Notes under the pieces: model-generated
What the model was told of the DNA's origin: nothing
The model's database searches: none
The model's input: only the letters and a program-made list of their open reading frames with translations
Program-made: the position numbers and the translations under genes
Sequence record: NC_061442.1
Direction: 5' to 3' (one strand)
DNA length: 64,000 nucleotides
Shown: positions 37,086 through 46,713 of the stretch, one piece after another
How positions within the stretch are numbered: the stretch's first letter is position 1
How the letters are laid out: each line of letters begins with the position of its first letter

Positions 37086-38033
37086 TTACTTGTCCAGACG
37101 CTCGAACTTAACGCCAGCATCGCTCTGGGTAAAGCGAATGACGCCAGGGATTTCGAAGCCATCGCGGTTCTTCTGCACAGGAATCTTTTTGTCTTCCAGG
37201 TGCATACGCAGTTCGGTCATGACGATGTTGTTCTTACCGATTGCTTTGCCTTTCAGGCCTTTCGCATTGTAAGTCACATCACCAGATTTCGTCTTCGTAT
37301 TGAACTTGATGCCGACAGTATCGAGCAGGTCAGGCAACGCTTTATGGACTTTAGCAGACAGTTCGCCTGGGTCCATCTTCGCAGCTTTGGCGCGGGCAGG
37401 AGTCTTAGCGCCCGCCACGATGCCTTTGTTGCGTTTGAAAGGAGCTTTGGCGTTTTTACGATCGGTATCGGTCACGCGAACTTTAGGCTTAGCGGCCTTA
37501 GTACCTACCGCATCGAACGCAGCTTCTTTCAAGAACTTAGGCTTGAACGCACCACGTTTACCAGTTACACCAAACTCAGTCAGCTTGGCACTACGGATTG
37601 CTTTCAGTGCCTTTTCTGCGCCTACGCCAGTTTTGATATCAGCCGCAGACAGAGGCAGATTCAAGCCGCCAAGACCATGTGCCTTAGCTACTTTGTTTGC
37701 TTCACGCAATTCCGCTTTAGCAGTTTTAAGGTCAGCAGCAGCTTTCGCCTTCTCTGCTTTGCGTGTAGCCATAAGCTTGGTGCGCTTGTCACCACGAGGA
37801 AGTTGATTAGCTTTGGTTGCAGCAGTGTTTGCTTTGATGGAAGCGGTGATGCCAGACACAGCAGCAGTCTTAGCTTTCTTCAAGTGACCAACAACAGCCT
37901 GCAACTCACCTTTCTTGGCAGAGTTAACCACCAGCGTAGAAGCGCCGCCAACTTTAGCGATCTTGTACGCAGGTTTCTTAGCGGCAGATTCAGAAGCTAC
38001 GGCTTCCGCGAGGTTGATTTTAATCAGAGACAT
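37086..38033 (-). CDS. Basic Lys/Ala-rich probable internal head protein (paralog A)
   Basis: 315 aa; MSLIKINLAEAVASESA leader; KRNKGIVAGA motif; SD AAGGAA. Confidence 0.6.
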   Translation of the reverse strand: MSLIKINLAEAVASESAAKKPAYKIAKVGGASTLVVNSAKKGELQAVVGHLKKAKTAAVSGITASIKANTAATKANQLPRGDKRTKLMATRKAEKAKAAADLKTAKAELREANKVAKAHGLGGLNLPLSAADIKTGVGAEKALKAIRSAKLTEFGVTGKRGAFKPKFLKEAAFDAVGTKAAKPKVRVTDTDRKNAKAPFKRNKGIVAGAKTPARAKAAKMDPGELSAKVHKALPDLLDTVGIKFNTKTKSGDVTYNAKGLKGKAIGKNNIVMTELRMHLEDKKIPVQKNRDGFEIPGVIRFTQSDAGVKFERLDK

Positions 38034-38086
38034 TTGTTATTCCTTAATCAGGATAGTACATAAGTGGTTAGTTGAGAGGACTTGCA

Positions 38087-38965
38087 TTATCGTGCGCGGA
38101 TAGCGTCGTCACGTTCACGCTCGGCCATTTTCATTTTCTGTGTAGCAGCCTCAAGACGTTTACCAGTAGCACCGTCGCGAATGATGTTATCGTACTTGGT
38201 AACCTGCTTGTCCAGTCGGGTGATAGCTCGCTCACGTGCGGCAGGAGACATTTCGCTATAGTCAACACCGGCAAGGGCAGCAGCACGTTTTGCTTTCGCC
38301 TCTTTAGCTTTTGCAGGAGAGTACGCGCCGGCCACAATGCCTTTGTTGCGTTTGGCCGCGACGGGCTTAGGCTTGTCGCTAGGCTTAGCACCTGGCGTAG
38401 GTTTCTTAGCAGCAGAGGATGCGCCGATCTTATCGAACTTATCACCCGTTGCGAAACGAGGCTTGAGCAATGATGGGCTACGATTCGTACCGCTCGCTTT
38501 CACCCAGAAGGTATCTGCTTTAGCTTTACCGATTTTGCTGATTGTGTAATCAGGCTGAGTCATCGTGATATAAGACGGACGAATCGGAGTGGACAGAACT
38601 TTCAGGCCCGCTTTAGCAAGAGAGGCAACAGCAGACGTAGCCAGCTTCTTAGCAGCAGTAACATCCTTTTTGATCTTGGCGTTGTTAGCTTTGATCTTAG
38701 CGCTGATAGGAGCTTTCTTTTCTGAGTCTCGCGTTGACTTCAACTTGAGTTTCAGCTTCGCAGTAGTCTGACCGAGTTTAGCCGCAGCAACACCTAAGAC
38801 CTTCGCCTGCTTCAATGAAGTAGCAGCCTTAGCGACAACAGGCTTATACTTAGAGTTGATTACGATCATAGGACCGTTGGACGATTGAACGATATGATAC
38901 GACGATTTCTTCACAGCAGACTCAGACAGCAAAGAATCCGCAATATTGATTCTGATAACAGTCAT
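38087..38965 (-). CDS. Basic Lys/Ala-rich probable internal head protein (paralog B)
   Basis: 292 aa; MTVIRINIADSLLSESA leader; KRNKGIVAGA motif. Confidence 0.6.
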   Translation of the reverse strand: MTVIRINIADSLLSESAVKKSSYHIVQSSNGPMIVINSKYKPVVAKAATSLKQAKVLGVAAAKLGQTTAKLKLKLKSTRDSEKKAPISAKIKANNAKIKKDVTAAKKLATSAVASLAKAGLKVLSTPIRPSYITMTQPDYTISKIGKAKADTFWVKASGTNRSPSLLKPRFATGDKFDKIGASSAAKKPTPGAKPSDKPKPVAAKRNKGIVAGAYSPAKAKEAKAKRAAALAGVDYSEMSPAARERAITRLDKQVTKYDNIIRDGATGKRLEAATQKMKMAERERDDAIRAR

Positions 38966-38974
38966 TCCTATTCC

Positions 38975-39580
38975 TTACACCAGCGCTCGGCTTGGGATAT
39001 CGAAGTTTTTACCAGCGGAATAATCACCCAATGCGCGATACAGTGAATCACGTAACATTTGCTCGATGATATCAGAGTTATGCGCAGATGCGTCTTTGAA
39101 AGCAACCTCAATCGAATCAGTTCTTGGATTCACTACTGCATAGCGCAGCGGGCAAATAGTTTGTGCTTCACACCAAGCGTCGATTCGCGGCTGCAATTCA
39201 GGCGTAATGGGAATGCGGAAATCAGCGAGAGCAAAGATCACGCTTTGAATTGGTGGTGGTGCAGACTGCGACATGTACTTGCCGTTAGGACTTAGGCGTT
39301 CCATAGCAGTCGAGGCTTCAAAGATCGATTGGTAACCTTCACCGATTGTGGTAATGTTACTGAGCTTGAAGCTATGCGTCGTCAGGCCTTTGCGAATGAG
39401 TTTGGCGACTTTCAGATCGTAGTCACCTGAATCATCTTGCGCAAAACAGACGAAAGCGTAGAAGGAAAATCCAGAGTCTTCGCGCAGCAGACGATGGTCC
39501 AGCACACGGAACCCCACGACGCTTTGCAGCGCCTGTGAGGTGATCTGAATTCCCTTAGATAAGGCGACAAAGATTTGCAT
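38975..39580 (-). CDS. Hypothetical protein with MQIFVALSK leader
   Basis: 201 aa, coupled to the upstream stop. Confidence 0.6.
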   Translation of the reverse strand: MQIFVALSKGIQITSQALQSVVGFRVLDHRLLREDSGFSFYAFVCFAQDDSGDYDLKVAKLIRKGLTTHSFKLSNITTIGEGYQSIFEASTAMERLSPNGKYMSQSAPPPIQSVIFALADFRIPITPELQPRIDAWCEAQTICPLRYAVVNPRTDSIEVAFKDASAHNSDIIEQMLRDSLYRALGDYSAGKNFDIPSRALV

Positions 39581-39918
39581 TAACGCAGAGTCTTCAACGC
39601 CTGTTTAGCTTTCGCCAAATCAGTGAAGTATTTGGCATCGTCATCGAACTCTGGTTCCATGCGGATTTCGATGCCAGATACGTTGAAGCCAATATCTTCA
39701 TCTTCATCTTTGGTGACCATGCCGAAACGAGCTACGCCTTCTTTATAGCTAATGAAACGGAAGTCGATGATATCTTCCGGACCGCTCAGGTCAGAAGGCA
39801 TACCATCATCCAGCAGATCGAAGAACTCTTTCTTCGTCAGCTTAGTGAACACACCGGTCATAGCGTTGGCCGAAGTAGACGATACAGATTCGTCCAGATT
39901 CAGTTTGATAAGACTCAT
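39580..39918 (-). CDS. Acidic hypothetical protein with SVSSTSA leader
   Basis: 112 aa; MSLIKLNLDESVSSTSA. Confidence 0.6.
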   Translation of the reverse strand: MSLIKLNLDESVSSTSANAMTGVFTKLTKKEFFDLLDDGMPSDLSGPEDIIDFRFISYKEGVARFGMVTKDEDEDIGFNVSGIEIRMEPEFDDDAKYFTDLAKAKQALKTLR

Positions 39919-39920
39919 GG

Positions 39921-40493
39921 TTAGTTTACTCCAACTTGTTTTGTGATGGTGATAACACGCTGGTACCAGCCGTAAATGTTATCTTCCTGGGTTTCGTCTG
40001 CCTTAGCAATGTTCTTCAACTTCGCAATACGGCATCCATTGTAGGCATAAGCCAGAACTTTGATATCGCGCACTTTGCAGTAAGCTGTAAGTGCGGCGAT
40101 AGTCTTAGGTCCGATATTTGCAGCAGGGGCAAAATCTGGGTAGAGTTTACCGCGCTGATTCAGGATGTTCAACTGGTCTTGCAGTTCTGCAATTGCAGCT
40201 GGTGGTCCTGAGTTAACTGCATAGTCGAATACCCACAGAGCCAGCTCTTGACTGAACTTCGCAAGTTCATCACACTTGCAGAAATCCCAAAAGTTAGCGC
40301 TATAGATAGCATATGCAATTTCGTACGGAAGATTCTGCATATCGCCTTTATAGCCATACGCACGAGCATTCTTCTCGGTGACGCCCCAACGAGTTGGGCC
40401 ACCACGATCTGCCGAACGATTCGTGTACTTCTCTCCACCTTCACGGTCAATGACCTCAGCGATGGCTTTCTTACGAAACGTCAGAGCGTCCAT
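39921..40493 (-). CDS. Glycoside hydrolase family 108 lysozyme (endolysin) with PG-binding C-terminus
   Basis: Likely start ATG 40493 (SD GAGG); IDREGG...DRGGPTRWGVT, FDYAVNSG, IGPKTIAAL, YGWYQR. Confidence 0.9.
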   Translation of the reverse strand: MDALTFRKKAIAEVIDREGGEKYTNRSADRGGPTRWGVTEKNARAYGYKGDMQNLPYEIAYAIYSANFWDFCKCDELAKFSQELALWVFDYAVNSGPPAAIAELQDQLNILNQRGKLYPDFAPAANIGPKTIAALTAYCKVRDIKVLAYAYNGCRIAKLKNIAKADETQEDNIYGWYQRVITITKQVGVN

Positions 40494-40519
40494 AATGATT
40501 CCTCTTGGTCGACGTATCA

Positions 40520-40526
40520 AAATTAG
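40520..40526 (-). promoter_or_regulatory. Late-type promoter motif CTAATTT
   Basis: Intergenic, 27 nt upstream of lysozyme start. Confidence 0.55.
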
Positions 40527-40528
40527 CG

Positions 40529-41386
40529 TTAGACAGACAACTTTGAAGATTTGAAACGCATTCTAGGGCGTGTACCAGGCACTGCATCAAACGGAGTAAA
40601 ATCGCTGCTGTCGAACTTAACAAAGCCGCCAAACTCATTCAGATAGCAGAATGCTTTATCCAGATGGACTGTTTCGTCCACACCCGTTTGCGTCTGATAA
40701 AGAAGGCCGTCGCCGGTAGTCTGCGTCAATCTAGGATAGCCATTGGAGCTGCCTGTCACACTTGCGGATATAGCGACTTGAAGCAACTGGAAAGGTAAAC
40801 CGACTGAGGAATATGAAGGTCTAACTTCTACGAAACTACACGCTGGAACTCCTGTGTACTGCGCGGCTATTCCATTCATCTGATTGCCGCCCTCATGAAC
40901 ATATCTTATACCTATCTGAGGAGATCCAGATTGTCCGTAAGGACAGTTCGAGTCGGATAGGCGCACAGGAGGAAACACAAGAGTACCTTGACCATCCTGT
41001 GTGAAAGAAATCGAACCTTCACCTATATGCAGAGTTGTTGCTGAGTCCAGACCTAAAGCATACGACTGGGCATCTGCAATGGAACTAACCCCAGACAGAG
41101 TTCCGATCCCTGTCTGCTTAACTATCTCAGTCGTCTTCTCAATCAGAGAAGATCTCGGCTGGGTGTACTTCAAATTAGGCAGGTAATATTTGTTGTTCTT
41201 CCTACCTCGTACAGGATTGAGAAAGCCATTGAAGGCTAATACCGCTCTAGCCTTACGTGCTATGACATTCGCAGTATTAAAGTCTGTCAGGTCGATGGTC
41301 TGATTCTCGGAGCTATCGTACAGAAACACGTTTGGGTTCTGGGCGGACGACCCTGCCAACCCGAAAAAAGAATGAATATATTGCAT
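40529..41386 (-). CDS. Virion fibre-like protein, paralog family member 3
   Basis: MQYIHSF...ARAVLA..FLNPVRGR..YYL; ETVHLDKA...PGTRPRM. Confidence 0.55.
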   Translation of the reverse strand: MQYIHSFFGLAGSSAQNPNVFLYDSSENQTIDLTDFNTANVIARKARAVLAFNGFLNPVRGRKNNKYYLPNLKYTQPRSSLIEKTTEIVKQTGIGTLSGVSSIADAQSYALGLDSATTLHIGEGSISFTQDGQGTLVFPPVRLSDSNCPYGQSGSPQIGIRYVHEGGNQMNGIAAQYTGVPACSFVEVRPSYSSVGLPFQLLQVAISASVTGSSNGYPRLTQTTGDGLLYQTQTGVDETVHLDKAFCYLNEFGGFVKFDSSDFTPFDAVPGTRPRMRFKSSKLSV

Positions 41387-41431
41387 GTAATGTGCCTCAG
41401 TAGTGAAGGGAAGGTTCTACGCGCTGAGGAA

Positions 41432-41438
41432 AAATTAG
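41432..41438 (-). promoter_or_regulatory. Late-type promoter motif CTAATTT
   Basis: Just after a terminator, 46 nt upstream of start. Confidence 0.55.
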
Positions 41439-41451
41439 CTCCAAGATCGAC

Positions 41452-41471
41452 AAAAGGGGCCGAAGCCCCTT
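41452..41471 (-). terminator. Intrinsic terminator
   Basis: AAGGGGC-UUCG-GCCCCUUUU, same as at 18729. Confidence 0.8.
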
Positions 41472-41811
41472 AGAATGTCCAACGCGTTGACCAAGCGATC
41501 AATCCTGAGATAATACCGATGTGTGACAGGTACCCGTACTGCAACACATAGCCTCTGACATAGTGCTTCATGCCGCCCTCATACGCACCATCATACACGG
41601 CAGAGATCATCGTGAACGACATAACGTAGGTGAACACATGCCACGTTGTCATCTCCATCACTTCGTTGCAGAACACTATCAGGAATAGTGCGACACCCAT
41701 GATGTACAATGTGCGTTTGGTCTCGGTTAGATTGATACCAAGCACAACAGGACGCATCATGAAGGACGCGAGTATCGAAACCAGCATTAGCGTTTCATAG
41801 TCGGCTGACAT
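41470..41811 (-). CDS. Small multi-pass membrane protein
   Basis: 113 aa with 3-4 hydrophobic segments. Confidence 0.6.
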   Translation of the reverse strand: MSADYETLMLVSILASFMMRPVVLGINLTETKRTLYIMGVALFLIVFCNEVMEMTTWHVFTYVMSFTMISAVYDGAYEGGMKHYVRGYVLQYGYLSHIGIISGLIAWSTRWTF

Positions 41812-42116
41812 GCTGCGTCCACCTGATCGGGAGTGATATGCGCTTTATTGCGCAGGTCGAGTGCCAGTTGCGCCTTACGTCCTATGCGGGCATACGACTC
41901 AAGATCATCGTCGGAGTAACCGCTCATGCTTTCGCGTACATGAGACAGCTCGGCCATTTGGCGTGGACTCAGTTCGTTCGAACGCGCATAGGCAGTCGCA
42001 TGATCAATGTTGCCTACATTAAAGCCTGCACAACGATTCCAGATAGGCTCGGCATTAGGGTCCGTCTGCACCATCAACGTACCGTGACGATCAACGTCAT
42101 GAATGTTACGACTCAT
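41787..42116 (-). CDS. Hypothetical protein
   Basis: Likely start ATG 42116 (MSRNIHD, SD GGGAG). Confidence 0.6.
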   Translation of the reverse strand: MSRNIHDVDRHGTLMVQTDPNAEPIWNRCAGFNVGNIDHATAYARSNELSPRQMAELSHVRESMSGYSDDDLESYARIGRKAQLALDLRNKAHITPDQVDAACQPTMKR

Positions 42117-42117
42117 A

Positions 42118-42834
42118 TCAAACTCCCTGGTTAGAAACGTAGGTGTCGGTGATATTAGCAGTCTTCTCCACGTTACCGCGAATATAACCGATCTCAAACA
42201 CCTGTACGTTATGCTTGACCACAGCCTCACCTACTGTCTCACACGCACCGCTATGCAGATCAAGGAATGCCTGACACAAACGTTCTGCTACGGGCTTCGC
42301 AAGAATCTTCATCAGCGTATGTCTCTGGACGGCAGACAGCTTTATGGGCATCGCATCAATCTCACGCTCAATCGACTTTCGTCCACCATTGAATATCCAC
42401 TTACAGATAGTGGCAGTCAGTGGCTTCTGGTGCGTCTTAGATGGAAGCGTATAGATGTATGTCATCAAACTGTAGAACAAACTTCCGTCGATGGCCCGAC
42501 GCTTGAGGTCATCAAGGTACTGACCTACAGGCTGCAACTTACCGCGCTGCGGAACCATGTCATCTAGTTTAAGATCAACATCAAGACCGAAGCGCTTCAA
42601 CGATTCAGAGTGGCCGAATACATAGACGATGTGCTGCGGCATATCTCGGATTGCTACAGCATTACGCGAATACTCTTTCGCACCAACAACGAACAGGTGC
42701 TTACGGTATTTCTTCGAGGGGTCAATCGTACCACCAAGCGGAACAAACGTCACACGATCGGCTTGACCTTTCTTCTTTAACCAACCCATGACTTGCTCTG
42801 GGCTCTGGCGTGTCACCGCGATTACAGGCATCAT
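42118..42834 (-). CDS. Hypothetical protein
   Basis: 238 aa, SD GGAG, in sbcC operon. Confidence 0.65.
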   Translation of the reverse strand: MMPVIAVTRQSPEQVMGWLKKKGQADRVTFVPLGGTIDPSKKYRKHLFVVGAKEYSRNAVAIRDMPQHIVYVFGHSESLKRFGLDVDLKLDDMVPQRGKLQPVGQYLDDLKRRAIDGSLFYSLMTYIYTLPSKTHQKPLTATICKWIFNGGRKSIEREIDAMPIKLSAVQRHTLMKILAKPVAERLCQAFLDLHSGACETVGEAVVKHNVQVFEIGYIRGNVEKTANITDTYVSNQGV

Positions 42835-43157
42835 TACTCCACAGTGTTGAGTGCTTTAGCCGTGTACTCACGCAGAGTACGTTCGATGTTCGTCGCCAAC
42901 GTAGGATGACAGATAAGCTGACTGTCTTTCATGAACACACGCAGCGACGGTCGCATCACCTTACGGGTTCTGGCATTCATGCGAAACACACGGTGCACAG
43001 TAGAGGTGAAATATTCCTCCTCTACTTCATCCATGCAGTTGACGTTGGCGACCACTTCATACTTCGCAAAGATTTGCGGATTGCGATTGATGAACGTAGG
43101 GTCCATCGGTACGCTATTCTTTTCGTGATCGCGATTGAGCTGACCAAAGATCATCAT
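42834..43157 (-). CDS. Hypothetical protein
   Basis: 107 aa, ATGA-coupled to sbcC. Confidence 0.6.
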   Translation of the reverse strand: MMIFGQLNRDHEKNSVPMDPTFINRNPQIFAKYEVVANVNCMDEVEEEYFTSTVHRVFRMNARTRKVMRPSLRVFMKDSQLICHPTLATNIERTLREYTAKALNTVE

Positions 43158-45481
43158 ATCACCTTACGAGACAGGCTGGACGTTCCACCTTGTTTGGTCA
43201 CTGTCCATTGATTGTTAGAGAAGTGCTCTACGTCATTCGGAGTTATCCAATAGATGTTCGGGATAATCTGTTTGAGTATAGGCAGGAAGTTTTCAATGAT
43301 GTGCTCACTCACTGCTGGGCTGCAACTGTTATCAGGCTCGTCGAGGATGATAAAGTTCGTGCGGCGGTTAGCAGGAATGAACGGCATGATCGCAACAGCA
43401 AACAACAGGCGGAAGCAGTTAGTCTCTGCACCACTCATGATACCAATGTCCGTAGTCTTCTTAGAAGTCATACGGGTCACCAACGCAACTACACCTTGCT
43501 TGCTGGTGGACAGAGTGAAGTGCATAGGCTCTGGGAACACGAGGCTGCTGTATTCGTTCAGCTTGTTTTCGATCTGCTTCAATCGGCTTTCAACGGCTTT
43601 CAGTTTGAGAGCGTTGTTGCTGTACGCTTTATAGAGAACTTCGAATACCTTGCGCTTATCAATCAGAGGCTGGAGCTTGGAGAGTTTGCTGCGAAGTTCA
43701 CGCAGTGTTTCCTCGTAGTGCTCATGCTCCTGAATACGCATCTGGATGCCTTGCGCCTTGCGTTCTTTCTTGTCGATATCGTTACGAAGTTGTTCTGACT
43801 TAGCCTCAATCTTTTTGTAACGACCATCGAGGATATAGAACGGGTCTTCTGGTTCACCTACGGCCTTCATTGCAGAAGTCAGGTCTTTCAGAATCTCAAG
43901 ATCCTTGATGCGGTTCTTGATTGTCTTACGAGCCTTCTTCGGCTGCTTAACCTCTTTAGGTTTCTTGAGTGCTGCTTTACGTGCTTGCAGCTTCTCCAAC
44001 TTCTTCGCCTGTTCGAATTGTTCTTCGATAGCGTCAAGCTGTTTGCCCAGCTTCTTGATTTGTTTCTCAAGGGCTTCACGGTCATGCTTAGGCTTCTTCA
44101 CCTTGTCGTCTTGCAACGCAGTGAGTTCAGCGTTCAGCTTATGATAGTCGATAGCCTCAATACACTCGTCAATGATCGCCTGTGCTTTGGTTGCAGCGCG
44201 TGCCATAGCTTTCAGGTCAACATCCTGACCGCATGTCGGGCAAGAGTTACCGTCGTGGTCGTGTTCTTCAAACGCACGATACGCCTGAACTATTGCTTTG
44301 GATTCTGCGCGGGCATCCTGTGCCTCTTCCTGAGTTCGTTTAGGACTTTTGAGCTTAGACAGTCGCTTGGTGAGCTTTGCACAGGCTTCTCGCCAGTCGT
44401 CGTACTCTTCCTGTTGTTCATCTACCTTCTCCAGTAGTTCCTGTGCAGCCTCTTCCTCTTTAACCAGCTTGCCATGTTGCTTACGCAGCTTCTTGTTATC
44501 AAGGTCTGCAACGTCACCAAGTGCTTTGATACGCTTCTTAACGTCAGCGAGTTCCTGCTCGTACTCGTCCAGCGCTTCAACGTAGTCATCATACTTGTCG
44601 TGATCAATCAATTGACCACGCAGGTCATTCAGTTCGCCTTTGAGATCGGTTGTCTCAATGCCGAGAGTGTCCAGCTGATGTTTCAGCTTCTCGTACTTAC
44701 GCGCATTGCTACGTGCGGAACTAAGCTCCAGCAGTTCTTCGTTCAGGCGATTACGCCGGGCTTTCATCTTATCCAGATGTTCGATGATAGCTTTTAGCGT
44801 ATTCTTTTCTTCTGCGTGAATGGACAGCGCGTTCTGCTTACGCTGCGTCACGTCGAGCATGTCAGCCAGACCTTTCGATTCTGTCTCGGCATCTTTTGCC
44901 AAGTCCAGTTTCTTCTTCAACGCCATACGAATGTTGTCAAAGATATCTAGGTTGAACAGACGTGTCAGGTAGACCAGACGCTCCGACGGAGTTGCACGTT
45001 GGAACGGATGTTGAATCTGCGACTGGATGTAGCAGTAGCTGTAGAACTCTTCCTTAGAAAGAGGCCAGTGCTTCTGTACCCAACCACGCGCAACGTCCTG
45101 ACGACCAACCTTCTGGTCTTCGCCGTTGTAGTACACCTGATACTTCGTGGCAGTCTGCACTATACGCACAACTCCACCAAGAGGTGAGTTCCACGACAGG
45201 TCAATCGAACTACCTTTGCCAAGCATGTTCCCCTTGTCTTTCTTTTTCATCGCAAGGGGATCAGCTTCATACAGCAAGGTAGGTATTGCAGCGAACAGCA
45301 TACTTTTACCTACGCCGTTCGTGTTGTCCTTAACGTTTGGACTATCGAGGTTCTTTCCGCAGATAGTTGCGAAGCCCTCTTTGTCTAGGCCGTCAATGTC
45401 GAGTTCCTTGTACACGCCAACGTCGCGCAAGTGAATCTCTTTCAGGCCGATACCATGTTGCTGTACTTTCTTTTTGGCCAT
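43154..45481 (-). CDS. sbcC: SbcC/Rad50 (gp46-like) SMC ATPase
   Basis: Walker A GKN..TNGVGKS, Q-loop IQSQ, coiled coils around CPTC zinc hook, signature MSGAE, Walker B IILDEP. Confidence 0.92.
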   Translation of the reverse strand: MAKKKVQQHGIGLKEIHLRDVGVYKELDIDGLDKEGFATICGKNLDSPNVKDNTNGVGKSMLFAAIPTLLYEADPLAMKKKDKGNMLGKGSSIDLSWNSPLGGVVRIVQTATKYQVYYNGEDQKVGRQDVARGWVQKHWPLSKEEFYSYCYIQSQIQHPFQRATPSERLVYLTRLFNLDIFDNIRMALKKKLDLAKDAETESKGLADMLDVTQRKQNALSIHAEEKNTLKAIIEHLDKMKARRNRLNEELLELSSARSNARKYEKLKHQLDTLGIETTDLKGELNDLRGQLIDHDKYDDYVEALDEYEQELADVKKRIKALGDVADLDNKKLRKQHGKLVKEEEAAQELLEKVDEQQEEYDDWREACAKLTKRLSKLKSPKRTQEEAQDARAESKAIVQAYRAFEEHDHDGNSCPTCGQDVDLKAMARAATKAQAIIDECIEAIDYHKLNAELTALQDDKVKKPKHDREALEKQIKKLGKQLDAIEEQFEQAKKLEKLQARKAALKKPKEVKQPKKARKTIKNRIKDLEILKDLTSAMKAVGEPEDPFYILDGRYKKIEAKSEQLRNDIDKKERKAQGIQMRIQEHEHYEETLRELRSKLSKLQPLIDKRKVFEVLYKAYSNNALKLKAVESRLKQIENKLNEYSSLVFPEPMHFTLSTSKQGVVALVTRMTSKKTTDIGIMSGAETNCFRLLFAVAIMPFIPANRRTNFIILDEPDNSCSPAVSEHIIENFLPILKQIIPNIYWITPNDVEHFSNNQWTVTKQGGTSSLSRKVI

Positions 45482-45693
45482 TAGAAATACTCTACGGTTT
45501 CTTCCTGCACAAGATTGGTACCGTGAGTCTGCGCAAACACTTCAATCTCGTCTTGCGAGTAAGGAGTGGAGGACTCGGCGATAACATCATACGAAACGGA
45601 TTCATCGCGCGTGTCAGACACAACAGGTTTAATGATGCGCCAGACAGGCAGTGCGATTGTTTCGCGCTTTAAGATTTTGGCTGCAACTACCAT
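45481..45693 (-). CDS. Hypothetical protein
   Basis: 70 aa, TAATG-coupled. Confidence 0.55.
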   Translation of the reverse strand: MVVAAKILKRETIALPVWRIIKPVVSDTRDESVSYDVIAESSTPYSQDEIEVFAQTHGTNLVQEETVEYF

Positions 45694-45902
45694 TAGTGGA
45701 ATACCGCCGTTGGTTCAACCCAGAGTTCAGGGTTGTTGTATTTAGCGCGAAGCTCGTTCATCTGATCATCAGTCAGAGGACTGTCGGAGATGTGAATGCA
45801 CTGAGGAACTTTTTCCTCTTGACCTGTAACAGGATGAATGTCACGGTCATTGCGCATAACTGCCCAGCGTTTGGTTACGTTGATATGAATGGTGCGTTCC
45901 AT
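45693..45902 (-). CDS. Hypothetical protein
   Basis: 69 aa, first gene after CTGTAAATA motif. Confidence 0.55.
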   Translation of the reverse strand: MERTIHINVTKRWAVMRNDRDIHPVTGQEEKVPQCIHISDSPLTDDQMNELRAKYNNPELWVEPTAVFH

Positions 45903-45939
45903 AGTGAAGACCTATGTATAGTGTATGAATGATACTCGA

Positions 45940-45948
45940 TATTTACAG
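45940..45948 (-). promoter_or_regulatory. Phage promoter motif CTGTAAATA
   Basis: Intergenic after terminator; heads the sbcC operon. Confidence 0.75.
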
Positions 45949-45965
45949 TTTTTAAGGCTATAGAC

Positions 45966-45995
45966 AAAAAGAAGGGCCACCGTTAGGCAGCCCCT
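45966..45995 (-). terminator. Intrinsic terminator
   Basis: GGGCUGCC-UAAC-GGUGGCCC-UUCUUUUU. Confidence 0.7.
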
Positions 45996-46267
45996 GCGAA
46001 CACTTTACGCACCCCATTATCCAGATAGTGGTCTGCATAGAAAGGTCCGTTTTCATTTTCAATACCAATACGGCGGCAGAGCTGACGACGCAAGCGCTTA
46101 GGCCACACCATCTCGTCATCCAGCAGATGAATAACCGTAGGTAGCGCTTCGAGTTGAGTCATTGTCAGGTCACGAATCTTATCGTCAATCTTACAAAGTT
46201 CAGCGTAGTCCTGTTCAGGTGTGGGTACAGGACGTTTGGGCTTAGATAGATCTACGGTGATTTCCAT
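45983..46267 (-). CDS. Hypothetical protein
   Basis: 94 aa, SD GGAGG. Confidence 0.65.
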   Translation of the reverse strand: MEITVDLSKPKRPVPTPEQDYAELCKIDDKIRDLTMTQLEALPTVIHLLDDEMVWPKRLRRQLCRRIGIENENGPFYADHYLDNGVRKVFAGAA

Positions 46268-46713
46268 CAGTACCTCCTAGGCTTCTTGATTTTCTTAATC
46301 GTGGACTTAGGACGTTTGATTGCCCGCAGTGCCTTACGTGCTTCGACAATCTTCTTGGACAACTCAGAGCGCTGGGCCTTAACAGCATCAGTGTCCTGCT
46401 CGGTGCCTTTAAGTTTCTCAAGGCGATTCCACTCTTTGACCAAACGATCAACGACGTTAGCACGAGACACACGTTGCTGGTTAACGCGCACAATGTCCTG
46501 TTGCTTCTTCACGGAGTCACGAGTGTTATTCACTTCGTCCCGTGCAGACTTCACGCCTTTAGTATCACCTTCGGACTGTTTGTCGTTCAGCTTCTTTCGT
46601 GCAACCTGCGAACGTCGCTGGGCGCCCTTGAGATCATCTTTCGAGTTCTCAAGGCTGACCTTTGTGTCTTCAAGTGGGCTGGTTCGCGCACTCAAACTGA
46701 TAAGTATTTTCAT
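46267..46713 (-). CDS. Basic coiled-coil protein with MKILISLSA leader
   Basis: Likely start ATG 46713 (SD GAGG); the 46776 start would run through a terminator. Confidence 0.6.
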   Translation of the reverse strand: MKILISLSARTSPLEDTKVSLENSKDDLKGAQRRSQVARKKLNDKQSEGDTKGVKSARDEVNNTRDSVKKQQDIVRVNQQRVSRANVVDRLVKEWNRLEKLKGTEQDTDAVKAQRSELSKKIVEARKALRAIKRPKSTIKKIKKPRRY

